DNA of 64,000 nt, from the NCBI GenBank assembly GCA_028873925.1, contig JAPPNA010000037.1:518-64517 (forward strand). The letters run 5' to 3'. Source of the DNA: Bacteroidota bacterium. Lineage in GTDB: Bacteria > Bacteroidota > Rhodothermia > Rhodothermales > Bin80. This document shows, piece after piece, positions 9,374 to 18,364 of the stretch (the first letter of the stretch is position 1; each line of letters begins with the position of its first letter). The notes beneath the pieces were generated by a model, which saw only the letters and a program-made list of their open reading frames with translations, was not told the DNA's origin and ran no database searches. The position numbers and the translations under genes were made by a program.

Positions 9374-10345
9374 ATGGCGCGTCTGACCATGCCGTGCACC
9401 GACCTTTTGGACAGCCCCTTCCTGGTACGCCTGGACGATCGCAGCTGGTACGCGGATGTGCAGTTTCGCGGCGTACCCAACCTGATCGCATGCGGCATAC
9501 TTGAAACCCGCTCGGGACTGATTCTGGTTGACCCGGGACCCGCTTCCACCCTGGATCCCTTATCGGCTGCTATCGCTCCGCTGGGCGGACTTGAGCGCGT
9601 AACGCATGTGCTGCTGACCCACATCCATCTGGACCATGCGGGGGCCTGCGGCCTACTGGTGCAGCGCCATCCTCATATTCGGATTGTGGTGCACCCGATT
9701 GGCGCACCACACCTGATCCGTCCGGACCGACTGATCCGCAGTGCGCAGCGCATCTATGGCGCGCGCCTTGATGCATTATGGGGGCCGATACTTCCGATCC
9801 CTGCCGCCCAGGTCGAATCTGCAGCGCACGCCACCGAGATCATCCTGGGCGAACGCCGGCTGCATGCCCTGTACACCCCCGGTCATGCCTCTCACCATAT
9901 GGCCTGGCATGACCGGCTGACCGACACACTGTTTGCGGGCGATGCGGCAGGCATGCGCGTACTGGAGGCTCCGCTGATTATTCCTGTGGCTCCGCCGCCG
10001 GACATTGACATCGAGCACTGGGATCAGTCCCTTGAACTGCTCGCCTCGCAGGGGGCAAAGCAGCTTTTCCTGACACATTTCGGCCCGGTGAATGCCATCG
10101 GGGCGCATCTGGCGGCCATGCACCGCCGACTGCACGCGTGGAGTGCCTCGGTAGCGGCTTCCCTGGCGCAGGATGGCGATGACCGTGAGCGTGCGGCCCG
10201 GTTTCATGAAGCGGAAATGCGTCACGCACATGCCGTTGTTCCGCCCGATCTGATGGCCCCATACAAGATTATGGGGCAGCCCGGCGGCAGCTGGTACGGA
10301 CTCGCCCGGTACTGGCGGAAAAAACATGCAAATTCGCGGGTATAA
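9374..10345 (+). CDS. MBL-fold metallo-hydrolase
   Basis: HIHLDHAG metallo-beta-lactamase motif and a downstream HTPGHASHH-like histidine cluster. Confidence 0.8.
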   Translation: MARLTMPCTDLLDSPFLVRLDDRSWYADVQFRGVPNLIACGILETRSGLILVDPGPASTLDPLSAAIAPLGGLERVTHVLLTHIHLDHAGACGLLVQRHPHIRIVVHPIGAPHLIRPDRLIRSAQRIYGARLDALWGPILPIPAAQVESAAHATEIILGERRLHALYTPGHASHHMAWHDRLTDTLFAGDAAGMRVLEAPLIIPVAPPPDIDIEHWDQSLELLASQGAKQLFLTHFGPVNAIGAHLAAMHRRLHAWSASVAASLAQDGDDRERAARFHEAEMRHAHAVVPPDLMAPYKIMGQPGGSWYGLARYWRKKHANSRV

Positions 10346-10363
10346 GGCTGCGGAAACCAAACT

Positions 10364-10834
10364 TTGAATATGACCCCTATTTGGAAGCAGAAGGCCACTT
10401 GTGACCAGCTCAACAGGCGTGGCCGCAACACCATGGTGGATCACCTGGGGATAATCTTTGAGGAGGTCGGGCCTGACTATCTTGTGGCATCCATGCCGGT
10501 GGACGAGCGCACGATCCAGCCCCTGGGGCTGCTGCATGGCGGTGCCTCGGTGGTACTGGCGGAGACTGTCGGCAGCGTGGCGGGGGCCTTATCCGTGGAT
10601 CTGAGAAGTCACTACTGTGTCGGCATTGAGGTCAATGCGAACCACCTCCGCGCGGTACGGAGCGGCCGGGTAACCGCGATGGCCCGCCCCCTGTTTGTCG
10701 GGCGCAAGATCCAGGTCTGGCAAATTGATACGAAGGATGACCAGGGAAAACCGGTAACGGCCAGTCGGCTGACGCTGGCGGTGCTTGATCATCTGACTCC
10801 CGACGACAAGTGGCTGGCATGGCTTACGCCGTAA
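10364..10834 (+). CDS. hotdog-fold acyl-CoA thioesterase (PaaI/YbdB family)
   Basis: 156 aa with LHGGASVVLAETVGS and a C-terminal RKIQVWQI, typical of the PaaI family. Confidence 0.8.
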   Translation: MNMTPIWKQKATCDQLNRRGRNTMVDHLGIIFEEVGPDYLVASMPVDERTIQPLGLLHGGASVVLAETVGSVAGALSVDLRSHYCVGIEVNANHLRAVRSGRVTAMARPLFVGRKIQVWQIDTKDDQGKPVTASRLTLAVLDHLTPDDKWLAWLTP

Positions 10835-11460
10835 AGGAGCTCTATTATACCCTGCAGGGCGAGGGTGCCATGACCGGCAGGCCGGCGGTGTTCCTGCGCT
10901 TTGCAGGATGCAACCTGTGGTCCGGTCATGAAAAAGACCGTGAGGAAGCGATCTGCAGCTTCTGTGACACGGACTTTGTGGGACTGGATGGTCCGGGCGG
11001 CGGGCGTTTCAAAACGCCGGCCACGCTTGCGCGGGCCGTTGCGAGCACATGGCCGAATTCCGCCGCGCCGCAGGTACGACCCTATGTGGTTTGTACCGGC
11101 GGCGAACCGCTACTGCAGCTGGATCCGCCGCTGATAGAGGCATTGCATGCAAATGGATTCCAGGTCGGCATAGAAACCAACGGCACGATTGTGGCTCCGG
11201 CGGGCATTGACTGGCTTTGCGTGAGCCCCAAAGCCCATGCGCGGCTGGTGCTTAAGTCCGGTAACGAGTTGAAACTGGTGTTTCCGCAGCCGGATGCCAT
11301 GCCGGAGCAGTTTGAGCATCTCGCGTTTGATCACTTCTTCCTGCAGCCGATGGATGGCCCGCAAGTATCGATCAATACCCGAGATGCCCTGCGGTACTGT
11401 CTTGCCCGACCCCAATGGCGGCTGAGTCTGCAGACCCACAAGATCCTGGATATCGCATGA
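10810..11460 (+). CDS. queE: 7-carboxy-7-deazaguanine synthase (radical SAM)
   Basis: LQGEGAMTGRPAVFLRFAGCNLWSGHEKDREEAICSFCDTDF carries a CX14CX2C cluster motif, as in Burkholderia-type QueE. Also TGGEPLLQ. Confidence 0.9.
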   Translation: MAGMAYAVKELYYTLQGEGAMTGRPAVFLRFAGCNLWSGHEKDREEAICSFCDTDFVGLDGPGGGRFKTPATLARAVASTWPNSAAPQVRPYVVCTGGEPLLQLDPPLIEALHANGFQVGIETNGTIVAPAGIDWLCVSPKAHARLVLKSGNELKLVFPQPDAMPEQFEHLAFDHFFLQPMDGPQVSINTRDALRYCLARPQWRLSLQTHKILDIA

Positions 11461-12201
11461 CGCTGCCAAAGCGGCCGGCCGGCTTGAGCTTAGCGCACAC
11501 CCCTTGAGGGGTTGCCTGCCGGATCTACTCTGCCCTAACGGAATCCAAGGAATGTCGCCGGCAATTCCTGGAATCCCCGATATGGGCCTGCATGCTATCG
11601 CCTGGATTGCCTTAGTTCCCGGGACACGACAGACATGCAATCAACGATTCATAACCATCTTTGAATGCGTTGCAGGTCTGATTGTGCTACACCTACGGCA
11701 CAGCCACCCTGCCAGGATAGTGATCGCGCCATCCCGATCGTTGAACTGAGCCTTCAGATCATGAATTTCCCGGGGCTCGCATTTGCCGCCGCTCTTGGGC
11801 TGAATCAGGCGCGCGCCGGGCGGGGATCATCAATCTCATTAGGTGGGGAACATCAATCTGAATATCCGGCGCAAAACCTTGGACCCACTGGAATCGTTGG
11901 CAAATGCTGTGGAAGAATCCTCCCAGGAACAGCCAGCCTTTCGTTCTTCCTGCGACTGCCTTAAGTTTGTTGTAAGCGCGCATTCCTCACCTTACGGATC
12001 AACGGCTTTCCACACAGAGTTCTGACCCTGCCGGGACTGCCGTACGCTGAGAGCCGTATAACTCATGATTGCCCTTGATTTCAGACGGCTACCTTCGGAT
12101 AGTTTGTTGGGGCCGTTCTTCCGCCGGATTATTCCTTGCAGACACAAAACATCTTGTGGATATCGTACCTGCGGCAAACAGCCCAATCTGGAGGACCTGC
12201 G

Positions 12202-13617
12202 ATGACCCTTGAGGATATAACGAGGCTTGCATCGGGCCACGAATCCGAAACGCTCGAATTCAAGCAGTCAACTGGCCGGCGTCGCGAGGGAACAGCCACC
12301 CTTTGTGCGATGCTCAATCATCGCGGCGGAGTTGTGCTGTTTGGCGTAACCCCTGAGGGGAAAGTGGCGGGCCAGCAGGTCAGTGATCAGACCCTACAGG
12401 ATGTGAGCGCGGAGATTCAAATGATCAGCCCACCTGCCTATCCGGCAATCAACAGGATTCGCGCTTCCAGCGGCCTTGATGTCATCGCCATCAGCGTAAG
12501 CCCCGGCACCGCTCAACCGTACCAGTACAAGGGTAAAGCCTACCGGAGGGTCGGCAACACCACGGTGACAATGTCCGCCGAAGAGTACAATAAAATGCTT
12601 TTTGAGCGGGTCCACCAGCAACAACGCTGGGAAAACCAGCCCGCCACCGGATGGACGATTGAGGATCTGGATTTGCATGAGATTCGCAGGACTGTAACAT
12701 TGGCCGCGCAGATTGGCCGCCTTAATGACTCGCTTGGGCAGAATCCGGAGGATATGCTGCGAGGACTCGGGCTGATCCGGGAGGGCGTGCTTGTGCGTGC
12801 GGCAGCCGTACTTTTCGGAAAACCTCACCGTATTGAATATGAACTGCCTCAATGTCGGCTCCGTGTGGCGCGATTCACGGGTCTTGACAGAAGCGAGTTC
12901 TCAGACAATCGTCAGTTCATTGGTAACGCATTTTTCATCCTCTCACAAGCGGAGGCCTTTCTCAGGGAAACTCTCCCGATTGCCAGTCGCTTTGATCGAA
13001 ACAGCATGAAACGTATAGACGAGCCGTTGTACCCGCCGCTCGCTACAAGAGAAGCCATCGCGAATGGGCTGTGTCACAGGGACTATGCCTTGGGATGGGG
13101 CTCAATGGGGCTTGCCATTTACGATGATCGCCTTGAAGTTTCCTCTGCAGGACCGCTGCGCTTTGGCCTAACTCCGAGTGAACTTTTTGAGCCGCACGAG
13201 TCAAGGCCATGGAATCCGCTGATAGCGCGCACATTCTACCGGCGTGGGATAATTGAGGAATGGGGAAGAGGCACACTGAAAATGGCTGAACTATCGTTGG
13301 CAGCCGGTATACCGCACCCCGAGATAGAAGAGCGCAGCGGCAGCTTGATTGTCTGTTTCCGACACGGACGATCCGTGCCACCCCGACGGCGCGGCCCCGC
13401 ACATATCGCACGTCAGAAAGTCATTCTCACACTGCTGCATGAGTCTGAAAACGGCCTGCCGCTTCGCGAGATTTGTGCCGAGATGGCATTGCACGACAGC
13501 GAGCGCCAAGTTAAGCGAGCCCTTACGGAATTGAAGAATCGTGGCTTGGTGACCGTTACCGGACGGGGTCGAGCGGCACGATGGATGCACTCATCGGGCA
13601 CGCTTGGGGATCAATAA
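12202..13617 (+). CDS. ATP-binding protein with an N-terminal AlbA_2 (Schlafen-type divergent AAA) domain, a HATPase_c_4-like region and a C-terminal winged-helix
   Basis: The N-terminus MTLEDITRLASGHESETLEFKQSTG...LNHRGGVVLFGV is the characteristic AlbA_2 opening. The C-terminal segment LTLLHESENGLPLREICAEMALHDSERQVKRALTELKNRGLVTVTGRGRAARW is wHTH-like. The ATG at 12202 is preceded by GGAGG. Confidence 0.75.
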   Translation: MTLEDITRLASGHESETLEFKQSTGRRREGTATLCAMLNHRGGVVLFGVTPEGKVAGQQVSDQTLQDVSAEIQMISPPAYPAINRIRASSGLDVIAISVSPGTAQPYQYKGKAYRRVGNTTVTMSAEEYNKMLFERVHQQQRWENQPATGWTIEDLDLHEIRRTVTLAAQIGRLNDSLGQNPEDMLRGLGLIREGVLVRAAAVLFGKPHRIEYELPQCRLRVARFTGLDRSEFSDNRQFIGNAFFILSQAEAFLRETLPIASRFDRNSMKRIDEPLYPPLATREAIANGLCHRDYALGWGSMGLAIYDDRLEVSSAGPLRFGLTPSELFEPHESRPWNPLIARTFYRRGIIEEWGRGTLKMAELSLAAGIPHPEIEERSGSLIVCFRHGRSVPPRRRGPAHIARQKVILTLLHESENGLPLREICAEMALHDSERQVKRALTELKNRGLVTVTGRGRAARWMHSSGTLGDQ

Positions 13618-13636
13618 GGCCTCAGAGGGACCGATA

Positions 13637-13750
13637 GGGGGCTTATTAGGGACCTTGGGGGTCGTATTAAGGGCCGTTGGGGGTCTTATTGGGGGTCTTA
13701 TTGGGGTCTTATTGGGGTCTTATTGGGGTCTTATTGGGGTCTTATTAGGG
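13637..13750. repeat. tandem repeat array, unit GGGG(G)TCTTATT (11-12 bp): six clean copies at 13679-13746 plus degenerate copies upstream
   Basis: Read directly from the sequence. GGGGGTCTTATT occurs twice, then GGGGTCTTATT four times. These are preceded by GGGGGCTTATTA and GGGGGTCGTATTAA variants. The array lies between the convergent 3' ends of the AlbA_2 gene and the RND permease. Confidence 0.9.
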
Positions 13751-13836
13751 ATCCATTGCGTCTCTCCGCATGACCGGCGGTCCACACAAACCGCCAAACT
13801 GCAGGTCCGGTCTGCACCGCAGAACCCGCGCCCGAT

Positions 13837-16800
13837 TCAACGGCTTCGTACCACAATGGCATACAGAACCGGAACAATAAACAGCGTGAGCACGGTTGCA
13901 CTGGTCAGCCCGCCCACAATGGCAATCGCCAGCGGAGTGCGCAACTCGGCCCCCTGACCAAATCCCAGCGCGAGCGGCATCAGACCCAAAACCGTAGTGA
14001 TAGTCGTCATCAGAATGGGCCGCACACGGTCCCGACCCGCAGCCAGAATGGCTTCACGAATCGGCATACCGGCAGCACGACGCTGGTTGATAAAGTCCGT
14101 CTTGATGATGGCGTCATTGACCACAATGCCCACCAGAACCACACATCCCATCAGGCTCATAAGGTTGATAGTCTGACCGGTGATCCCAAGAACAAAAGAC
14201 ACTCCGGCCGCCGCCAGCGGCACCGCGACCAGAATAATCAGCGGCTGCACCAGATTCTCAAACTGAGCGGCCAGTATTAGATAAACCAGCAGCAGACTTA
14301 ATGCCAGACTCAGCGCCACCCCTAACAGGCTCTGCTGAAAGACCTCCGCCGCACCCCCGATGCGGCTGCGCACGGTAATAGGCAGTGTGCTCTCCATCAC
14401 ACTGTTTACCGCACTGAGCGCAGTCCTCAGGTCGTGGCCCTCTGCGACATCCGCCGTCAGACGAATCACCGATGCCTGCTCAACCCGCACCAAAGCCGCT
14501 GGCAGAGACACCGAGTTCGCAGTCACAAAGGCGGAGATCGGCATCAGCCCATCGCGCGCGGGGATCAGCTCAGCCAACAGTCGCTCAATTGAATCAATGT
14601 GTCGGGACCGCAGCACAATGGGGACTTCCTCATTGACTGTTTTCAGGGTGGTAGCCTCGCTTCCGCGTGCTCCGGCCTCCAGATAGGAGGTCAGCACTTG
14701 GGCGCTTACCCCGTAACGATTCATAACATCCCGTTTGAAAGCCAGTTGATAGGTGGGCACCGAGGCCGCATCGGTCCGACGCACATTGGCCAGTTCGGAG
14801 CGCTGTACCAGCAGCCGCAGCACATTATCTACCACCGACTCGGCATCCCTCCTTTCCTCGCTAACCAGGTCAATCAGCAGATCCGCATCGCCCGTAGTAA
14901 GGAGCTGTTCCAGTTGGGTCTCCACGCGCTGAACCTTGATTTCAACATCATCCGGCAACTCCAGCGCCTGCACCTGCGGCAGCACATTGTCCGCGTTCTG
15001 CCCGGGGGCTAGCAGCAGGGTAATGTCACCCTCGTACGGCGGACGCGGATCCAGGTCCAGCCGGGCCTGATCCCGCTCCCCTAGGTCCGCAAGCACACGA
15101 TCTGCCCAGCCCCGAGCTTTTGCCTGCGCTTCAACCTCGGCCGCACGCGCGGCCACCAGCGGCAGGTCCGCATCCGTAGGCAGCGTTATGCGCGCCTCCA
15201 CACGACCCTGCTCCGTCTTCGGAATCACCTCACGGGGCAGATTAGCAATCAGCAGCCCGGCTCCCATCAGCACCAGCGCACAACACATCATGACCGCCCA
15301 GCGATGATCCAGACTCCACGCAAGCGCCCGCTCATAACCGGCCAACAGCCGGCCGCCCCGCGGAGAACCGACCGTTCGGCACCTGCCGGACCTGCCTTCG
15401 CGGGACACGATCAAGGGCACCGCGGTCAGTGCGACAAGCAGGGAGGCCATCAGCGAACAGACTACCGCCAGGGACTGGTCGCGGAATAAACGGCCTGCCA
15501 GACCTTCCACCAGCGTGATCGGCAGGAATACCGCGATGGTCGTCAGCGTGCTGGCCGTAATGGCCCCGGCCACTTCAGAAGCTCCGTTCCGCGCAGCTTC
15601 CAGTGGACGCTGTCCCTGCTCCCGTAATCGAGCAATGTTCTCAATGACCACAATGGCATTGTCAACGAGCATGCCTGCTCCCAAGGCAAGACCGCTGAGA
15701 GAAATCAGGTTGAAGGTCACATCGAACGGTTCAAACAGAACCAATGTAACGCCTAAGGAAAGCGGCACGGCAATGGCTGCCGCCAAGAGTGCCCGCAAGC
15801 GTCGGAGAAAGGCAAACAGCACCAGAATTGCGAGCAGACCGCCCAACATAACGGCCTGCGTAACGCCGCCAATGGCTGCCTTGATGAACTCGCTTTCGTC
15901 AACAATCACATCCAGATTGATGCGTTCGTGCTCCTCTTCAAGTTCGGCCAGCACCGTTCGGATTTCCTCCACCGCCCGAACGACATTCGCATCCGCCCTT
16001 CGCTCAATAAGCAGCAGAAGTGTTTCGACCCCATCCAGCCGCACCAGCCCGCGCCGATCCGCCACCGCATCATGCACCTGAGCCACATCCCGCAGCCGAA
16101 TGGGGGTCGGACTTCTACTGGGAATGACGGTTTCCGCAATGTCGGCTGTGTTCTTGAATTCACCGCTTACTTCCACCGGATACCGAAACGGGCCGCGCCG
16201 GATCACACCGCCCTGCAGGGAAGTGTTTGACCCATCCAGCTGACGGGCGATATCGCCCAGGCTTATGCCATAAGCCAGCAATTGATCCGGGTCCGTTTCT
16301 ATCTCAATCCGACGCTCAAATCCGCCCGTTACCTGCACACGGGCGACATCCGTGAGCTGCTCCAGGCGGCGGGCGATGATGTCCCGCCCCATGCGTTTGA
16401 GCTCCATCAGATCTTCCGGTCGACCCGCATCCTGCTCACCGGAATATCGGAGCGCAATCACCATAATGGGGCGTTCACCCGGGTCCAGGTGCAGTACGGC
16501 CGGTCGGGTGGCTTCTCTGGGGAAGGCATCTCCCAGGCGGTCCATATTCTCACGCACATCCAGCAGGGCCAGGTTCAGGTTGGCGTTCCAGCCGAACTGC
16601 ATGTGGACCAGGCTGCCGCCGAGAAGAGTGCGCGAGGTGACACGCGTCAGGCCGGCAGTGCCGGCTACAGCCTGTTCAACCCGCTCCGTTACGGCCCGCT
16701 CAACCCTGTCCGGAGGTACGTCCGGATAGCTGGTCCACACGACCAGACCCGGATACCGCAGATCGGGCAGCAGAGAAACAGGCAGCCGCACATAGGCTAC

Positions 16801-16881
16801 CGCGGCCAGCACCATCAGCAGGATAAAGAACGCCGCCACGGATACCGGCCGGCTCAGGCACACTGAAATAAGCGTTTTCAT
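13837..16881 (-). CDS. efflux RND transporter permease (AcrB/CzcA superfamily)
   Basis: 1014 aa with twelve-TM RND architecture. Conserved segments include LVDNAIVVIENI and VGIVVNDAII. Confidence 0.95.
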   Translation of the reverse strand: MKTLISVCLSRPVSVAAFFILLMVLAAVAYVRLPVSLLPDLRYPGLVVWTSYPDVPPDRVERAVTERVEQAVAGTAGLTRVTSRTLLGGSLVHMQFGWNANLNLALLDVRENMDRLGDAFPREATRPAVLHLDPGERPIMVIALRYSGEQDAGRPEDLMELKRMGRDIIARRLEQLTDVARVQVTGGFERRIEIETDPDQLLAYGISLGDIARQLDGSNTSLQGGVIRRGPFRYPVEVSGEFKNTADIAETVIPSRSPTPIRLRDVAQVHDAVADRRGLVRLDGVETLLLLIERRADANVVRAVEEIRTVLAELEEEHERINLDVIVDESEFIKAAIGGVTQAVMLGGLLAILVLFAFLRRLRALLAAAIAVPLSLGVTLVLFEPFDVTFNLISLSGLALGAGMLVDNAIVVIENIARLREQGQRPLEAARNGASEVAGAITASTLTTIAVFLPITLVEGLAGRLFRDQSLAVVCSLMASLLVALTAVPLIVSREGRSGRCRTVGSPRGGRLLAGYERALAWSLDHRWAVMMCCALVLMGAGLLIANLPREVIPKTEQGRVEARITLPTDADLPLVAARAAEVEAQAKARGWADRVLADLGERDQARLDLDPRPPYEGDITLLLAPGQNADNVLPQVQALELPDDVEIKVQRVETQLEQLLTTGDADLLIDLVSEERRDAESVVDNVLRLLVQRSELANVRRTDAASVPTYQLAFKRDVMNRYGVSAQVLTSYLEAGARGSEATTLKTVNEEVPIVLRSRHIDSIERLLAELIPARDGLMPISAFVTANSVSLPAALVRVEQASVIRLTADVAEGHDLRTALSAVNSVMESTLPITVRSRIGGAAEVFQQSLLGVALSLALSLLLVYLILAAQFENLVQPLIILVAVPLAAAGVSFVLGITGQTINLMSLMGCVVLVGIVVNDAIIKTDFINQRRAAGMPIREAILAAGRDRVRPILMTTITTVLGLMPLALGFGQGAELRTPLAIAIVGGLTSATVLTLFIVPVLYAIVVRSR

Positions 16882-16901
16882 GACCGCTTATGCCTCAACA
16901 T

Positions 16902-18191
16902 CTACTGCAATCCCAGTTCCAACACGTCGGTTACTTCAACGGGTACATCGTGGGCCAGGGCATAATTGCCAATCACCACGATGGTATCACCGGGCTCCAC
17001 GATGCTGGGGGGATCACCGCGAATAATCTCCACAAAGTCACCCGACCGCTCACCCACATCCACATACATCCAATAGGAACGATTATTCTTGACGAGAAAA
17101 ACTACATCACGCCCCTGCCGGACAATTACCGCGTCCTTGGGAACTACCATCCGGTCCTGCAGACGCTGCATTTCCAATGCTACATCCGCGTACATTCCGG
17201 AAACCAACTGTCCACCCGGATTTGCAAGAGCTACGGTGACGCGCCCTACGCCGGACCCCTCTTCCACTCTCGGATTAACCGCATGCACCCGGCCCTGGAG
17301 CACTTCATCACTGAAGCTGGGCACCACCACATTGGCAGTTGCCCCCTGGCTGATATGAACGAGGTCCGCTTCCAGCACATCAACCGCTACCTTCATGCGC
17401 CTGTCATCCAACAGGGTCAGCAGCTTGGTTCCTGCGCCTACATTCTGCCCTTCCTCCAAGTACCTCCCCGTTGAACGGTCCATAAGGTCGGCAATACGTC
17501 CGCTAAACGGAGCCACAACCTGCGTGCGCTCCAACTGCAGCCTTGCCTGTTCCACCTGCTGTTCGCCCTGTGTGAGATTTGTGGTTACCGCTAGTACGGC
17601 CTCGCGCTGATTGCCAGCCAGAAGATCAAAGGCTTCAAACCGCCGCCGAGCAGCCGCGAGTTCGGAGGGTAGAAGATTGCCAGCCTCAAGAGCAGCCTGC
17701 GCCTCTCTGTACTGCCAGCGCGCTTCCGAAAGCGCCGTAGTATCCGCCTCTGAAAATTCACCGCTGCCGCTGAGTCCGACGGCGTGATCCGCTCTCGCCT
17801 GCAGCAGTGTGGCTTCCGCTTCAGCCAGTCGGATACGCTGCTCTCGATCGTCCAGACGCACCAGCACCTGACCGGCCGTTACCCACTGTCCCTCCTCAAT
17901 CGGGCGTTCCACAATACGACCACCGGTTTCAGCACTGATATCCGCCCTGCGCCAGGGAGCCAGACTGCCGGTGGCCTCCGCACGCAGCGGAAATTCCGCC
18001 CGTTCCAATACCTGGACCTGCACCGGCGAACGCGCCGCTTCGGGCTCTTCGGGCACCTCGCGTTCGTCCTTTGCTGACTCGCCGGTGATCACCGGCCACA
18101 GTCCATACAGGACCAACCCGCCAATGGCCATCGCCAAAATCACGCCAAATATCTGCCAAGGTCTGATTCTTCGCGGTTTGTTACGGGACAT
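16902..18191 (-). CDS. efflux RND transporter periplasmic adaptor (MFP/HlyD family)
   Basis: 429 aa with an N-terminal TM anchor, a coiled-coil hairpin region and beta-barrel segments. It lies immediately upstream of the RND permease in the same orientation. Confidence 0.9.
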   Translation of the reverse strand: MSRNKPRRIRPWQIFGVILAMAIGGLVLYGLWPVITGESAKDEREVPEEPEAARSPVQVQVLERAEFPLRAEATGSLAPWRRADISAETGGRIVERPIEEGQWVTAGQVLVRLDDREQRIRLAEAEATLLQARADHAVGLSGSGEFSEADTTALSEARWQYREAQAALEAGNLLPSELAAARRRFEAFDLLAGNQREAVLAVTTNLTQGEQQVEQARLQLERTQVVAPFSGRIADLMDRSTGRYLEEGQNVGAGTKLLTLLDDRRMKVAVDVLEADLVHISQGATANVVVPSFSDEVLQGRVHAVNPRVEEGSGVGRVTVALANPGGQLVSGMYADVALEMQRLQDRMVVPKDAVIVRQGRDVVFLVKNNRSYWMYVDVGERSGDFVEIIRGDPPSIVEPGDTIVVIGNYALAHDVPVEVTDVLELGLQ

Positions 18192-18364
18192 CAGCGCAGC
18201 CAGGTTGTGGGGAAGTGGAACCGAGTTGAATCAAAGAGTGTGGCGCAAATTCTGTTCCAATATCGCAGCGTTCATTGCGTGAATTCTGAATGGAACCGCC
18301 TCTTCTGGAGAACAGTTTGGGATCATGGCGGCTAAATTGCTATGTATTCCAGACGAATCGCATC

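Noticed and set aside
11759-11983. A 74-aa minus-strand ORF and the adjacent frame in the queE-AlbA_2 gap, considered as an integrase, transposase or toxin remnant.
   Set aside because: I found no recombinase (R..H..R..Y), Y1 transposase or RelE/HigB motif. I report it only as a possible frameshifted remnant inside the islet finding, not as a feature.
13604-13957. A 117-aa ORF covering the 11-bp tandem repeat. I also considered whether the array could be a CRISPR.
   Set aside because: The translation is GLIGVLLG-type repeat noise produced by the DNA repeat, and its tail overlaps the RND permease 3' end. The repeats are head-to-tail with no spacers, so it is not a CRISPR array.
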